Below are positions 39,455 to 53,420 of a stretch of DNA of 64,000 bases, piece by piece. A program made the position numbers and the translations under genes. Each line of letters opens with the position of its first letter. Positions within the stretch are counted from its first letter, which is position 1. Source of the DNA: Negaprion brevirostris (lineage: Eukaryota). A model generated the notes under the pieces. That model was not told where the DNA came from, did not search any database, and worked only from the letters and a program-made list of their open reading frames with translations. Location: contig JARDVH010000025.1 of the NCBI GenBank assembly GCA_030324005.1, positions 78,777,950 to 78,841,949 of the forward strand. The letters are read 5' to 3'.

Positions 39455-42400
39455 CCCAGTCTGTACGTTGTCTGATTAGGGCTTTCAATGTACAGTGAAG
39501 TAGCGCCCGTGTTGGATTCAAACGGCCCCCGGTGTAAAGGGTTTTATTTGAACTAAGTGCTAATGGGTAGGTCTATTATTTCAACTGTAGCACTTCAATG
39601 GAGTTCAACCTCGAATTTAAAAAAAATCTACTGGAAACGTAAATCTTGCCCCACTTATGTACTTTTCCTTCTAAAAATTTAGTTCACTGACAGTTTACTG
39701 AATATCCAAAGCAATGAATCGCATGAAACGAAATTGCCTTAATCCCAAAAGGAGGGTGGTTGCCTCCCTTACATTAGACTGGAGCGAATTTCTAACAGAG
39801 ATCATTTGCAGTCACTAAAAAAAAGTCGGGAAACTGATGGGCGGTTTGTTCGATTTTGACCTCCCTTCCAATAAACGCAAGTAAGTTTCTGAAGAATTCA
39901 GATTTACATCGTCTCTAGAAGCTCCAAAGCTGTCATACCCAATGGGTTATTTCTGAAGTGCGGTCACTTCATGTCGACAAAACGTGGCAGCTATTCAGGC
40001 CAAGCTGATAAAGCAGCAATGAGGTTAACGGCCAGCATTCTTGTTTCTGGCGCTGCTGCTTGAGGCGGGGAAAGATGTCCGGCAAACTGAGCGAATCGTT
40101 CCTTTGCTGAGAGTAAAATGTGCACCGCCGCAAGCGCTGAATTTGTTGTTAAAAATAACTCCCAAAAGTGCTGCTCTAAACTCATATTGGAACGTTGCAT
40201 TTATACAGCACAGGCAAGAGGAAAGGGCAGTTCAGAGATGTCCAAGTTCCTATATGATTAACAGAATCCATAGATTTTAAACTTCACGGATTAGATACAT
40301 ATCCAGTATTTCGCATAAAGTCTGGAGTAGATGAATCAGTTCAGGGATTGTTGTGTCTTGTTCAGTATTATACAGTAACACTCACGCCAGCTGGCAAAAA
40401 ATGGCTCACGTTCAGAAATTAAGCCAGATCGACAATTTAACATTAAATAGGATGAAATAAAAGTCTTGACGAGATTGTGTCTTCATTATGAATTGGACAA
40501 TCCGTTATGGAGTAAGGGGAGCCTGGGTTCATAGCTGCGATTTACTCAACTCTGAGTGGCTGCTGAGTTCCAGATGGGAAGACTAAGTCAGGAAGCAGTG
40601 CAGCTAAAGGTTATCTCGCTTATATAACCCTGCCATTTGATTACTATGTTGGAATGAAGTGTCATTCTTCGGCCTTCGGATGATAAAAACCCGACAGCAC
40701 TAATTCTAAAAAGAAGTGAATATTCCTAATCAACAGATCCCTAGAAATGCTAGGAATTCTGCATATCTCNNNNNNNNNNNNNNNNNNNNNNNNNNNNNNN
40801 NNNNNNNNNNNNNNNNNNNNNNNNNNNNNNNNNNNNNNNNNNNNNNNNNNNNNNNNNNNNNNNNNNNNNNNNNNNNNNNNNNNNNNNNNNNNNNNNNNNN
40901 NNNNNNNNNNNNNNNNNNNNNNNNNNNNNNNNNNNNNNNNNNNNNNNNNNNNNNNNNNNNNNNNNNNNNNNNNNNNNNNNNNNNNNNNNNNNNNNNNNNN
41001 NNNNNNNNNNNNNNNNNNNNNNNNNNNNNNNNNNNNNNNNNNNNNNNNNNNNNNNNNNNNNNNNNNNNNNNNNNNNNNNNNNNNNNNNNNNNNNNNNNNN
41101 NNNNNNNNNNNNNNNNNNNNNNNNNNNNNNNNNNNNNNNATAAGTAAGCAGCCCGCAGCTTCTAGCTGGAAAGTTTGTCTCCAACAAAACCAATCCCTGT
41201 TACTATAAAATGATGGCACTTTATGTGCTCAACTCAGACATTGCATATTGACGAGAGAGCCATAAATCTGAACGCACTGTTATGAGCGTCACTAACCACA
41301 TGATTCTAAGGACCCCCATTGCCCGTGACCTTTGCTGGTTAATTGGCCGGATAGACTTTCCTGAGTGTCCCAAGGTCAGAAGCGCAGATGAAATGTGTAG
41401 CGCTCAAACTTCACCTCAAATGACAACAGATGACTGGACCAGAAAATAAGTCAGGGTTTAAAGTCGAAGGCTTTAAAATAAAACAATTATTTTCAAGATA
41501 TGCCACACACATCTTCCTTGAATATCAGCCCGCTTTCGGTGTTAGAAACAATAATTCCCACCTATTGCATTTTGTGGTGACATTTACAGGACAGTAGCGC
41601 ATTCCCTTTACAGTCGCGATGTTAAAAATGTAACTCGTGTATAACCAGGGCATCAAATAGATTTGATTTTGCACACTGTTTTACCTCATTCCAATGCGGG
41701 CGTAGAAAGAAATGTGCATCTTTAATGAATTATGTTTTATAAAGTCCTGTTTTCAATATCTGCTGGCTACTTATGATTTCCTGAATGCAGTAACAGTCAC
41801 CCGCGATCTAATGGCTGCCTGTAATTATCCAAGATTACTGGCATGGAAATGCTGAATATGCAATGCATTAACTTCAAGAAATGGATTTCTCGAAATATCA
41901 GCGTAATAAGAGAAAACCCTTCTCTCCTCTAAAGTAGGTCCTTCATTAGAGCCGTTCACAAACTAGCAACCGCTAGTGCGGGCTGTGCCTCGCTGTAAAG
42001 GCGAACCCCTTGTTACAAATCGTGATGAGTTAAGATGTTCCAAATATAAAAGGTCAATGTTCCAATCTGCCACTTCTAAGACAATTTCCTTTCTTGCCCA
42101 GTCACGGCTGTTACATTAACACACTATCCCTGATTGATCATGTATCCGATGTTACACAGCGGCGAATACACAGGCGTAAACCTGGTGCCGTGCATCAATC
42201 ACAGGGCAGTTCTCAACGCATGCCCTAAACTGGTTATGAAGCTGGTTCCCTCTACACCACCCTCGTAAAACATTACTGCTGTTTACATCTTCACTTGTCC
42301 TTCAGTATGGTGGAAGCATTCGCCATCTAATTGATAACATCGCATGGCCCTCTCATCTGTGCGCCTTTATTTTCACAACTCTTTCTCAGATACACGTGTA

Positions 42401-43529
42401 TTGAGGTGCCCATAACTGCATTTGACATCTTGTCTCCATGCAAGTATGAAACCATCCTGACCTTAACATTTAGCCCGAACTTCATCTCAGAGGAACCATC
42501 TGTCTTCTATTACACTCATTGTAACCCTGGTCTAAAATGCTCCTGACAGCAGCAAATTAAGAACGTTTTGCTGTATTGACTCTACCCGATCTTTAAACTA
42601 AAGTTTGAACATTGTTGTGTCTCGGTAGATGGACAGGGTATAAACCGTCAAGGACGGTAATGGAGAATTTATATCACAAAGACACATGTGAGATGGGAGA
42701 ATCTTCACTGTGAAACAATCCACTGTCCATGCATTGAATTCTTGGATTAAAAAAATTCGAGAATTCCGTTGTGCCATTCATCTCCAAACTGGCTACTTGG
42801 AAAAATCAGTCTGAAACAAAAACCCACCGCGCTCTTATCCGAGTTCAACTGCACTGTACAATCTAGAAGCTTTTTATCGCGTGAAGAGACTTCTGTGGCT
42901 TTTGCGGGTCTGATTAGGCTGGAGCAAACCAAATGGAAGCAGCATTCTTCCTTACTCAACTCAGCCTCATGCTTTGTGGTTCAGGCAAACGTGTTTACAC
43001 TTCCAAGGCCCCGACATCCCGCTCCTGTTTCAAATGTCCCATGCAACTGAGCTGTGGGGACCTTTCGGAAAACGGTACCTGGATTTGCTTGGAAATTGCA
43101 AATACGCCTTAAAGCATGTCATTTCGTGAGCCTCTCTCGGCCGAAGACAGTTGTAACGTGAACAGTTTTGCGTGGAAAGTGCACAGTAGCTCCTATGGTG
43201 GTCAGGTTGGATGGCTGTCTCGGGAACTGGATGCAATGTCTACCCCATCTTCCCCCCCCACCATCACCCTCCACTCCCACCCCCGTCCCATCCCGTTCCT
43301 CACATCTTCAGATTGCATATGGATCTGATAGAAATGTTATTTACACTGCCAATAATCCACCCTGCTGGTTACAAAAAAAAACAAACCTTCTCGAGATGCC
43401 AGCATGACCCACGCCCGAGAGAACCCACTTCTCGATTTGAGAAAGGAACTGCAAAGCGCCAGAGCAGTCTCACTGTCCCAGGTCGCAGCCCCCGCACAGA
43501 CTGATGCCACAACTCTGCAGCAGATATTA

Positions 43530-43740
43530 ATGCACTGTCTATATGTATTCTATGCTTTATATTGACTGTATATATTGAACTGTAAATTATATGTAAACGG
43601 CAATCTATTTTCCTGGAAATATTATATAGTAGTATATATGGAAAGTAAGCACTCTTTGTATCTCTTCCATTACTTTTTAAAAAAATGTTCTGTACAGACT
43701 ATAAGTTTTATTAAATATATTTGTTAATAATTAAAGCGAG
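43530..43740 (+). terminator. Candidate distal 3'UTR end: AU-rich block with two ATTAAA signals
   Basis: Strongly AU-rich; Pumilio-type TGTATATA at 43567-43574; ATTAAA at 43710-43715 and 43730-43735. Confidence 0.4.
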
Positions 43741-45660
43741 CACCTTCAAACAATGCGCAGATTCTTTATTGTCTGGGCGAATCGTCGCTGCAATCACTTG
43801 GCATCTGGATTAAGTTAGTGAGACAGTTGCAGAAGGGAATCGCTTTCCGCTCCCTTGTTCTAGCTCTCAGCCACGGGCATTTATCTTAGTTTCAAGAAAA
43901 TTAAAGTTTAAATTAATGCAAAAACATTTTTAAAAGTGAGACTTCCTGACGTGAAAGCTTGACTGTGGGATTTAGCACTTTAATACCAGACACGATTCTT
44001 CGTTCAACATTTGACTGTTGTTCATGGTCCCTCGCTGAGATCGCGTTGGACCGAACAGGCGGGAAGGGAATTAAAATAAACTTTTCGTCTTCCTGTTCGG
44101 TCAATCTGTATGTGGAAGGAAGGCAAGTTTAATCGCTTCCATTCTAGAGGAGATGTTCCCGGATGATCCCCAGGTCTGCTTCGGGGGTCCAATGGAAAAT
44201 CCACCCCTCATTCCGCGTAGTTCAAAATTTTCTCAGCAGCCTTCTCTCTGTTAGCACCGACCGCACACTCAGCCCATGGGTAATGGGTGGCTTATTTAAT
44301 GAGGGGAATTTTCACAATCCAGGCCAATCCCACGGTCTCTGGTGTTCACAAGGCGCCATTTCCCGGCGGGATTGATCAGATAGTATTTGGAAAAGTGGCG
44401 GGGAGGCGGTGCACTGATGATTTTACCCTGCTTAACACAAGACGTTGATCTGGATCTCAGACCAGTCTCTGGTTGGTGGGACAGAGTGCACTTGATACAT
44501 CTGTTGAACCATCATAATCGGCATTACTTTTAAAAGTACCTTATGCATAGTTTCATTTGGACTTCAACGTGATTTCTGCCTGAAATGGCTGAACGCGTTT
44601 CCGACTTCTGCTGTGAGCTCCTGTAGGCGCCCTTTCAGTAATTTAATCAAATTCAATTTGTAAGATGACCACCCAGAAATGAAACGATTCTTAATTGAAA
44701 ACAAGTACAGCATTATCAGCTTCAGTGGGTAGCTGTGGGACACGGTGAAATCATCTCTCTCCCACCGTTCAGCTTGGAATCAGATTTTGAAACTATGAAG
44801 GTTTGAAATAAATATCCAGTTTACCAATACTGTCCTGGAGAAATGTTTCAACTTAAAAAAAAAACACCCTAAAATCGAAGATACTGTTCGATCTCCAATT
44901 TAAAATCATAGTATTTAATGGCAACTTCTGGGATCTGGGAAATGGTTTTCATTTTTTTTACGTTTAACGAGCCGACATTATAGTTTCCATTCCGATTCTA
45001 AAGTTTCACAGCGTTCTCGTACTTTCAAGGCCAAATGAATTCTGAAATAAAGCCATGGGCGTTTAATGCCAAAATGCATGACTGAGAAGTGTCATCCCCC
45101 AAGAATGCCCCTCATCAGAAGATGAATGGACTTTTAATGACTCCGGTGATAAAAGCATGACCGTGGGCTATAACAACAGAATAGAAACGGCAGTGATTGT
45201 GCCAGTAACATTTACTTCCCCAACAGCCATTTGACTACTAATGACAAATCCATGCAAATACCAGCATTAATAGTGAAGGCCAGCATGTTTGACGGGGGAA
45301 AAAAACTCAAATAGGCATGTTAATGATTAGCAAGGAGAAAAAAAGCAGACAATGGTGGAAATGTTCAGCAAGTCTGTCAGCGTCTGTCGCGAAAGAAACA
45401 CACAGTGTGTCAGGTCGATGACTGTGTTAAAATTTTATGTTCTACAGGACGACAGAGATTTTGTAACTGCTGGTGTAAAGGTTGTTCTTGCGAATAATCA
45501 TCTGAAATATAAAAATTAAGACGAACCGAACAAATATTGTACCAAGGTGATGTACATGGTTTGTGCTGAACTGGATTGTAGTGAGGGAGATCTGCTCATC
45601 TTCATCAACTTCACTCTCTTGGACTGTCTTGGTCTAGTTGAGTCTGGCGATAGATTTGGA

Positions 45661-45933
45661 GTAAAAAGTCTGACAACATCAGGTTTTAGTCCAACCGATT
45701 TATTTGATAAGATTCTAATCAGTAATCTCTAAACTGTCTGTGCTTTATATGCTCTGTCTGAGGCCAGAACTCTCCATTCACCTGACGNNNNNNNNNNNNN
45801 NNNNNNNNNNNNNNNNNNNNNNNNNNNNNNNNNNNNNNNNNNNNNNNNNNNNNNNNNNNNNNNNNNNNNNNNNNNNNNNNNNNNNNNACTGTGTTTACGC
45901 CAGTCCAACGCCGGCATACCCACATCATGACTA
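45661..45933. mobile_element. Penelope-derived short element with inverted ends (gap inside)
   Basis: 13-bp TSD cgatagatttgga (45648-45660 and 45934-45946); same termini as 20739-20956; tcacCTGACG runs into the gap. Confidence 0.8.
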
Positions 45934-46649
45934 CGATAGATTTGGACGCAGCGGATGATTAGGATATCTCTTGTGTCCTGTCAAGGACTTCCCGCAAAAC
46001 AGTGCTGATCCGCCTTCCTAATCATTGACCTTAGAATGGTCTTTCCGTTGGAATCAGACTTTACACGTTAGAGTAGAGAAACCTCTAAGTAGGAGGTCCA
46101 ACAGCTACCATCACCTGGTTTGGCCCGCCCGTCCAAGTGATTTACCTGGATGTGGCTACTGTCACGCTCGAACAACTACTTTGGGACCATTGGTGAGAGC
46201 TAGGTGAAAGTGAGGAGCTATGCAGGATGAGCCATTCCAAACAATGCAATGAGTCTGGTCGTGAGAACTGCTATCCCTCCCTGACAGCCCTGATATCCCA
46301 AACATTTTATCAGTATCTACCGGCAAGTACAAATATTGACTATTAAGTGAAAAGGAACATTCTTTGGCAAATACTTAAAATTTCTTGGCGAAAAAATACT
46401 GAGACACGGTTAGTTCGGGCTCATTTAACAGTTTTAACTACTCGAAGGAACGGAAGTTCTCATATGTATACACCGCGCTTGTTTACACAGGTTGTACAGT
46501 AGTAACTGAAATGTCTCAAACCTCAATGAGGCAGCGCAAAAGATTATCCTATATATAATTACGTCTTACTCCACATTTCAGATCCCTTCTAAGAGCAGAG
46601 ACACAATAATTAATCAATGGTAGTTTGTTTTCGAAGGCTTGATCTTTGT

Positions 46650-47040
46650 TTAAACAATGTTACATATTATACCTTACAAAGGCAACAGGCCAACTTTTCA
46701 GTGATTTCTATGCCTTTTGTTCCCCCCCCCCACCCCCTTTCATNNNNNNNNNNNNNNNNNNNNNNNNNNNNNNNNNNNNNNNNNNNNNNNNNNNNNNNNN
46801 NNNNNNNNNNNNNNNNNNNNNNNNNNNNNNNNNNNNNNNNNNNTGCCTTTTGTTCCCCCCCCCCCACCCCCTTTCATTACTTGTTTAAAACCTTCTGTAT
46901 CTCTAATATTTTCCAATTCTGACAAACGGTCACCGACCGGAAACATTAACTCAGGTTCCCTCCCTATGGATTTTGCCTGACGATTGAGTGTTTCCATCAT
47001 TTATTGTTTTCAGCTTCCGCAGTATTTTGCTTTTGTATTT
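46650..47040 (+). mobile_element. Penelope-related 3' remnant with degenerate hammerhead
   Basis: ttCTGACAAac-GGTC-acc-GACC-g-GAAACATTaac at ~46917-46950, followed by the common ...gcctgac...ttttgcttttg tail. Confidence 0.5.
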
Positions 47041-47229
47041 ATGGTTATTAAGATTGCGCGACAAACAGCAAAGGAATAAAGGGATTGAGTATCGTGTAGC
47101 TATCAGTCTGGTATTTTAAAAACCGTCTTTGCTTCCGATGTCACCGACTGACAATGATAATGAAACACCCGCAAAATGCCAAGCAGCGATCATCTCCAAA
47201 ATTGAGGATCCAACTATTGCTCCCTAATA

Positions 47230-47750
47230 TTCCACGGTATTACCATCGTCGACTCATCCCGCTATCAACAACTTGGGGGGTACCATTGACCAGAATCTGA
47301 ACCGAACCAGCCATATAAATACTGTGACTACCAGAGCAGGTCAAAGGCTAGGGATCCTGCGGCGAGTAACTCACCTCTTGACTCCCCCAAAGCCTGTCCG
47401 TCATCTACAACCTAGAAATCAGGGCAGGAATTCACCAAGGTTCTTTCAAACCCACAGCCATTTCCATCTAGAAGGACAAAAGCAACAGATACCTGGGAAC
47501 ACCACCCCCTGGAAGTTCACCTCCAAGTCATTCACCATCCTGCCTTGGAAACATATCACCATTGCTGCATTATCGCTGGGTCAAAATCTTGGAACTCCCT
47601 CCCTAACAGCACCGTGAGTGTACCTACACCGCAGGGACTGCAGCGATTCAAGAAGGCAGCTCGTCACCAGCTTCTCAAGGGCAACTAGGGATGGGTAATG
47701 GTAAATGGTGGTCTAGCCAGTGACACCCACAAACTTGAATTTTAAAAAAA
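47230..47750 (+). mobile_element. CR1/L2-group LINE 3' end
   Basis: LGGTIDQNLNRTSHINTVTTRAGQRLGILRRVTHLLTP plus the shared 3' tail. Confidence 0.8.
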
Positions 47751-50700
47751 GATATGCAGTTTTCGACGATTTCAATTAGTACCGTTCACTCTTCCGGCTG
47801 CAGCATAGTTGTTTGGAAATTTGCAGGTGAATGAAAATATTTCCAGTACCACAAGCAGTAATCAGTTTTACAAAATAATCATTCATTTTGAATGCGGGTA
47901 TTAACTGGTTATTGTTGGAACTACTAGCCCTTTCTCCATTTAGTCAAATATGATCTGGATGGGGGGAAAAACACTTGCACTTTCGCATTACTATAGAGTG
48001 GCTTTGGACGTCCCGGTTCCTTTATACATTGGAGCATTGGTCAGCTGAATATTGTGCACATTGCTCTGTCAGCTAGCAAGCGCGCATCTGTTGGATTTAA
48101 GAGCAGGACATAGAAATCGATAATGTTGNNNNAAATCGATATGGTTGACACCGATCCGAGTTCGATAATTATAATATTACTGCAGCCTACGGAATGGAGG
48201 ACAATGAGCCGCTGGTTTGTAGCAATGGACACAATACTAACTGGAAGGACAATTAGTTTATTCTCATCCCAAAATTCTGATTGTCAGGTACAAACTTGAT
48301 TAACTGTTAGAAAGTAGCGACAGACCACTGAATATGTTTCGCTAAAATATACGAAATATCATTTTAAGTTGACCTTCCATAAGGGTTTTAAGCAGTCTGT
48401 AGTTTGATGGTGATTGCGGTTTCTTTTGGTATATGTGGACAGCAAAACATTTTCCATGCGTTTCTCGTTAATTGACCGCACCTCCCCGGTAAACATAAGC
48501 GCGCGAACACAATTGTTCACTTGGGTTGGCTTCTGTCTGAATCTAGCTCAAGTTAACATTTACACGGACGTATCTTGTTCAGTGGATGAAGGACAAGGGG
48601 CTCGCTGGACCTGTTGATGTACTCGGCTATATTGTGCCAGCTCTGCTGCCAATCCGTGTTGGCAACAGCGTGTCACTGCTCCCAGGTACTGAACAGGAGG
48701 ATAAGGGATTTCCAACACGTGTTTCCTGCGACAAACACCGCTTGCATGGCATGGCAGAACGGATCATTCTAATATCTCAATCAGAAGTTTGATGGAAATA
48801 TCATTATGCAATAAAGTGAACCAGTTCAGCATCTTAATAGGGACACTATCTCAGCAGGACATTCTGCACCTTCCAGCGAAAATCACTTTTTTAAAAATCG
48901 CACAGCCAACCACGAAGAAGTCATGTTTACAGAGGCGCTGGGATATGAAATAAAAACAGGTGGGAATACTCCGCTGGTCTTGCAGCATCTGTGGAGAGAG
49001 AAGTAGAGTCAACTTTCCAGGCAGGTGATTGTTCTGAACCGGAAATCTTGGGGGAGATTTTGTCAACAGCGCTGTTGTCAGGTGCACCATCAATACCAGG
49101 CCACAACTTTCCCTCTCCACTCTATTGCCAGAAACATCAGACTTGAGAGCACAAAAGTAACACCGATGTTTTCTTTCGAAATTTACATTTCACTTGCAAG
49201 TATTTCTCATTCCATTGCAATTCATTTTATTTGTGTGTGCATCATTGTTACTTATTGAGACTAGCTCAGTCAGAACTCAATATACCCCTTGGTTGGCACG
49301 CACTGATGGTTACAGGGCAATTAGGGATATTTTCTTTATTGTGGAGGAAACAACGTGATGTTTTCTTTGTACTATCTTTATTGAATGTTTACGTTAGTGT
49401 CCAGTGTTCTATGGACATGGCTGAACTTGTAGACTCAGCTGATGCTTTTTTTAATGCCCTATAAGAAACATTGGCTAGGTTATTGTAAGCAGATTAATTG
49501 AAATATTGTAGGGGAAAAGTCCTGTAATGAACCTGCCAGTCAACAGATTTGGACATTGTTAACACCACTCTTTAAGCCTCTCATTTTCTTACCTTGACTG
49601 ACTGTCACCACTATTCACCAAATGGCTAGGACTCTCGGCCCTTTCCACTTCACCCTTCTACGCCCCCTGACTTCACCCTCTGTCCTCCCTTGAATCCCTC
49701 TTCCATGCCCCTGACCTCACTCCACACAACCCTATCTCTCAGTGCTGAGGTGAATACGACACACAATTTGTAGTGCCTCCCCCCTGCAGGAAATGGGTGC
49801 TGCTTACTTGGCCCCAGAGGCAAAGGCAGGTGGCAGCCATGTTCAGTCTTGCTGGTGCTTTGCCAAGGACAGCAGATAGCTGCACTGAGGGTCAGGAGGA
49901 TAAACTTTTTAGAATGAGGATGACCAGGCCAAACAAAACTAATATGCACCATCTAGCACAGATTATCTTGGTGCCTGATAACTTTCACAGATGGAAGGAA
50001 AAGTTTTACTTGGCCCTGTGGCCATCCCAACAGCTGTACACTAATGTGCACCAGACTGCTTGGATTTTCCAAAATAAACATAAAAGATGTATTCTCCACT
50101 GCATACAAAGTCTTGAAGGAGCTGAATGGATTGTTAATTGGCAGTGACTGGGTTCCTCATTCTCTCCTTCCTACCAGCTCTGTGAAAATGGGACCCAGAG
50201 ACATTGGGATCCAGGAATCATGTCTGGCACTCAGATTTTCAAATCATGTCTGCATTAGATCTTGACCCAAGTCTTTGCCTTTACCAGAGTGTTGAAATAG
50301 AACCTTGCTAAGAAAATGAATTTAGGGCAGAATAAAAAGAGAAACAAATAGGTTTGATTTGTGTCACGTTTTTTGTCCACAATGGTTGAACATAGTAGCA
50401 GTGCTATGAAAACCAAATACGCATTAGCTGTGATCAGCCACCTCAATTGTAAGGGAGCTGTGGATTTTTATGCTGGAAGATAAAGCTCTGGGGTAACCTT
50501 ATAAAAATAATCCTAGGCCCGGTAAAGAAAACTATACGAGGAAATGGCTAGGGATAAATGGCCTGAAAATAAGAACAGAGACGACAAGAAAATGACCTTC
50601 CTGTGCCACAACTTATTTGACCTACCCATATGGACAATACTGGGCAGGCATTTGGAACAGACACATATATTTACCCAAGAATGATAATGACATGGGAGGG

Positions 50701-51503
50701 AGAGCTGCCAGCTGTCCAGCCAATCTTGGGTGAAATTCAGAAGAAGGGTGCCTCAAGACAGATGGTGATAGAGCATTTGCTCGGATGCTTGGTGGACCAA
50801 AGGGTCTTTTTAGTCCTCTAAGCAGCCTGGAGGTTATCAGATATAAATATTTTCCTCTGACCCTGCCAGGCCTAAAATTACACTCCTGTTTCCAACTCTT
50901 CAATCCTAGAGTTGGGCCTTGCCAGGAGTGTGCCAACTCATGTAAATAGGCCAACAAAATTGCGGCCACCACAGGTATGGTATGCTGTCCCTTGACATCA
51001 ATTGCTGGTGGCATCATTGATTGAAAAGAGTTGCTGAAGGATCCAAGACATCATTAATAATGTGAAAGGCCTACTTCTGCTCTGAATTCATACGTTCATA
51101 TGCAATAGAATGCACCAATGGGAAATTTGTTTTAAAATCTAACTAGAGGTTTCAAATCACATTGTACAGCGCTGTTGTCTAACTGTAGTCAATGTATAGA
51201 CATAATTTTGCTTGTGCAGCTGGTTGTGTGCTTAACTATTGATTTCTGTAAGGTCAACATTGCTGTGTTGCCTGTTTGGCATTCTGCAATGCTAAAGAGT
51301 AGCCATACCAGTGTAAACTGAATAGGGCATGAGTAGGAGTACTGATATTTAATGGTGGAGTAAGATTGGTTGAGTTTTATTATGTGGGATTCTGGAACTG
51401 TACCTGTATTTTAGATGTCCATTTTCCAATGAAGACTATAGCAACAACAACTTGTATTTATATAGCATCTTTAAGGTAATAAAATATCCCAACGTGATTC
51501 ACT

Positions 51504-51820
51504 GGGTGGCACAGTGGCACAGTGGTTAGCACTGCTGCCTCACAGCGCCAGGGACCCAGGTTCAATTCCAACTTTGGATAACTGTGTTGAGTTTGCACAT
51601 TTTCCTTGTGTCTGCCTGGGTTTCCTCTGACTGCTCCAGATTTCTCCCATAGTCCAAAGATGTGCAGGTTAGGTAGTTTGGCCATGCTAAATTGCCCTTA
51701 GTGTCAGGGGGATTGCAGGGTCAATACATCTGGTTAGGAGAGGGCCTAGGTGGGATTGTTGTTGGTGTAGACCCGATGGGCCAAATTGTCTCCTTCTGCA
51801 CTTTAGGGATTCTATGATTC
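51504..51820 (+). mobile_element. HE1-like V-SINE with CR1-type tail
   Basis: ggcacagtggttagcactgctgcctcacagcgccagggacccaggttcaattcc head, V-domain, and ...gggattctatgattc tail. Confidence 0.88.
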
Positions 51821-53164
51821 CACATGACTGTTATCAAATAAAACGTGAAATCAAGTTACATAAGATGTTATGTAAAATAACAAAGCTTGGCCAAAGAGTA
51901 GCTGTGAAGAGCATCTGAAAGGGGAAAGGAGAGGCTGCGAGCTGGAGTTTTTATGGTGGAAGTTGTGCAGTTGAAAGCCTTATAGCTATTGGCACAACCA
52001 CTGACGATGGAGTGGTCAAAATCAGGGATACACAAGGGAGGAAAATTGCAGAAATCCAAAGTTTTATGTTGGTTTTCAAGCTTGTGCATAAGCTCATGGA
52101 GGATCCCATTTGCTTCGGTGTAAAATTGCTTCTTCAGACATACAATTCTAAAAAGAAATGCATGCAGTTTTGTAGCATGCTCTTCAAATATTTTCTGATC
52201 TTCATATTTGCAGAGCCCAGGAATATATCCATGCATTTACTGGCAGGATTATTATATTGTCTAACAAAGTGACCTGAAACTTGAGCACTACCAAATTCTT
52301 CAGGGGAAACAAAACATTTTTTTGGCTGTTATGTAGGAGTTTTGCTGAATAGATATGTGAAAATAAGAATGCAAACAAACCAAATACATTTTGTTACAAA
52401 ATCTGAAAGTCTGAAATAAAAACAAAGTGCTGAAGAAACAAAGCAGGTCTGACAGCATCTGCAGAGAGAGAAACAGTTAACATGGAACTCTTCTTTGAAC
52501 TCTTTGTAACAGAATTTGCCCAAAAGGACTAACACTGACCACTTAGTGAAAAGAAAAGTCAAGCGTTCTCTGACATAGACTCAAAATCTTCTTGCAAGTA
52601 AAAACAATTTAAGATGAAGTTAGCATAAAGTAGCTTAGTAAAAGATGAATTAATGAATTAGAATTTGGGGTTAACTTAATAGCCTGAACTACCCTACGGA
52701 ACAAAAATTTTCATTTGTATACTCAGAAGTTTGTTTTATGTGGATTCCACAATAGTGGGAAAATTTACATGAATCTAATTGATGTACTGTAATAGGTATC
52801 CTTTATATAACCATAGTATCTCACTGCATTATCCATTGTTAGGATAGAGACAAAATCATGTAATCAACAGTAGTTTGCTTCAGGAGGCATGAGCTTTGTT
52901 TTAAAGATGGTACACATTATACTTTACTCACAAATGCAACGGTCATATAAATTCAATGTGTTTTCAATACTCTCTCAATCTAAGATTGCTGTGATTGTGA
53001 CAGAGGCACAATTTACTTTGGTTAGAATTTTAACATGCTAAGTGCCAGTCTACCCATGTAGTTTCTTTGGAGCATTATTGGGAACCAGCAGACATGTTGG
53101 ACGTCTTGGACATTGTTCTTGGGGTTGAATGCTTGGAGGTATGCCCTCCTATCACCAGGAAATC

Positions 53165-53420
53165 TTAATGGGAACACCATCAGCTGCAAGTTCCCCTCCA
53201 AGCCACATATGGTCCTCTCTTGAAGCTGTAACACTGTTCCTTCACTGTCACAGGGTCATAGTCCTGGAGCTCTCTTCCTAACAGCACAGTGGATGCACCT
53301 GCACCATATGAACTGCAGCAGTTCAAGAAGGCCATTCATCATTACATTCTCATGGGCAAGTAAGGATGGACGATAAATGCTGGCCATCCAGGAATACCCA
53401 CAACTTGCAAAAGAATAAAA
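53165..53420 (+). mobile_element. CR1/L2-group LINE 3' tail
   Basis: Same tail as 16703-17275. Confidence 0.7.

Noticed and set aside
46710-46880. Direct repeat tgccttttgttccccc...cacccccttt on both sides of a gap
   Set aside because: Most likely an overlapping contig-end artefact around a 100-N gap.
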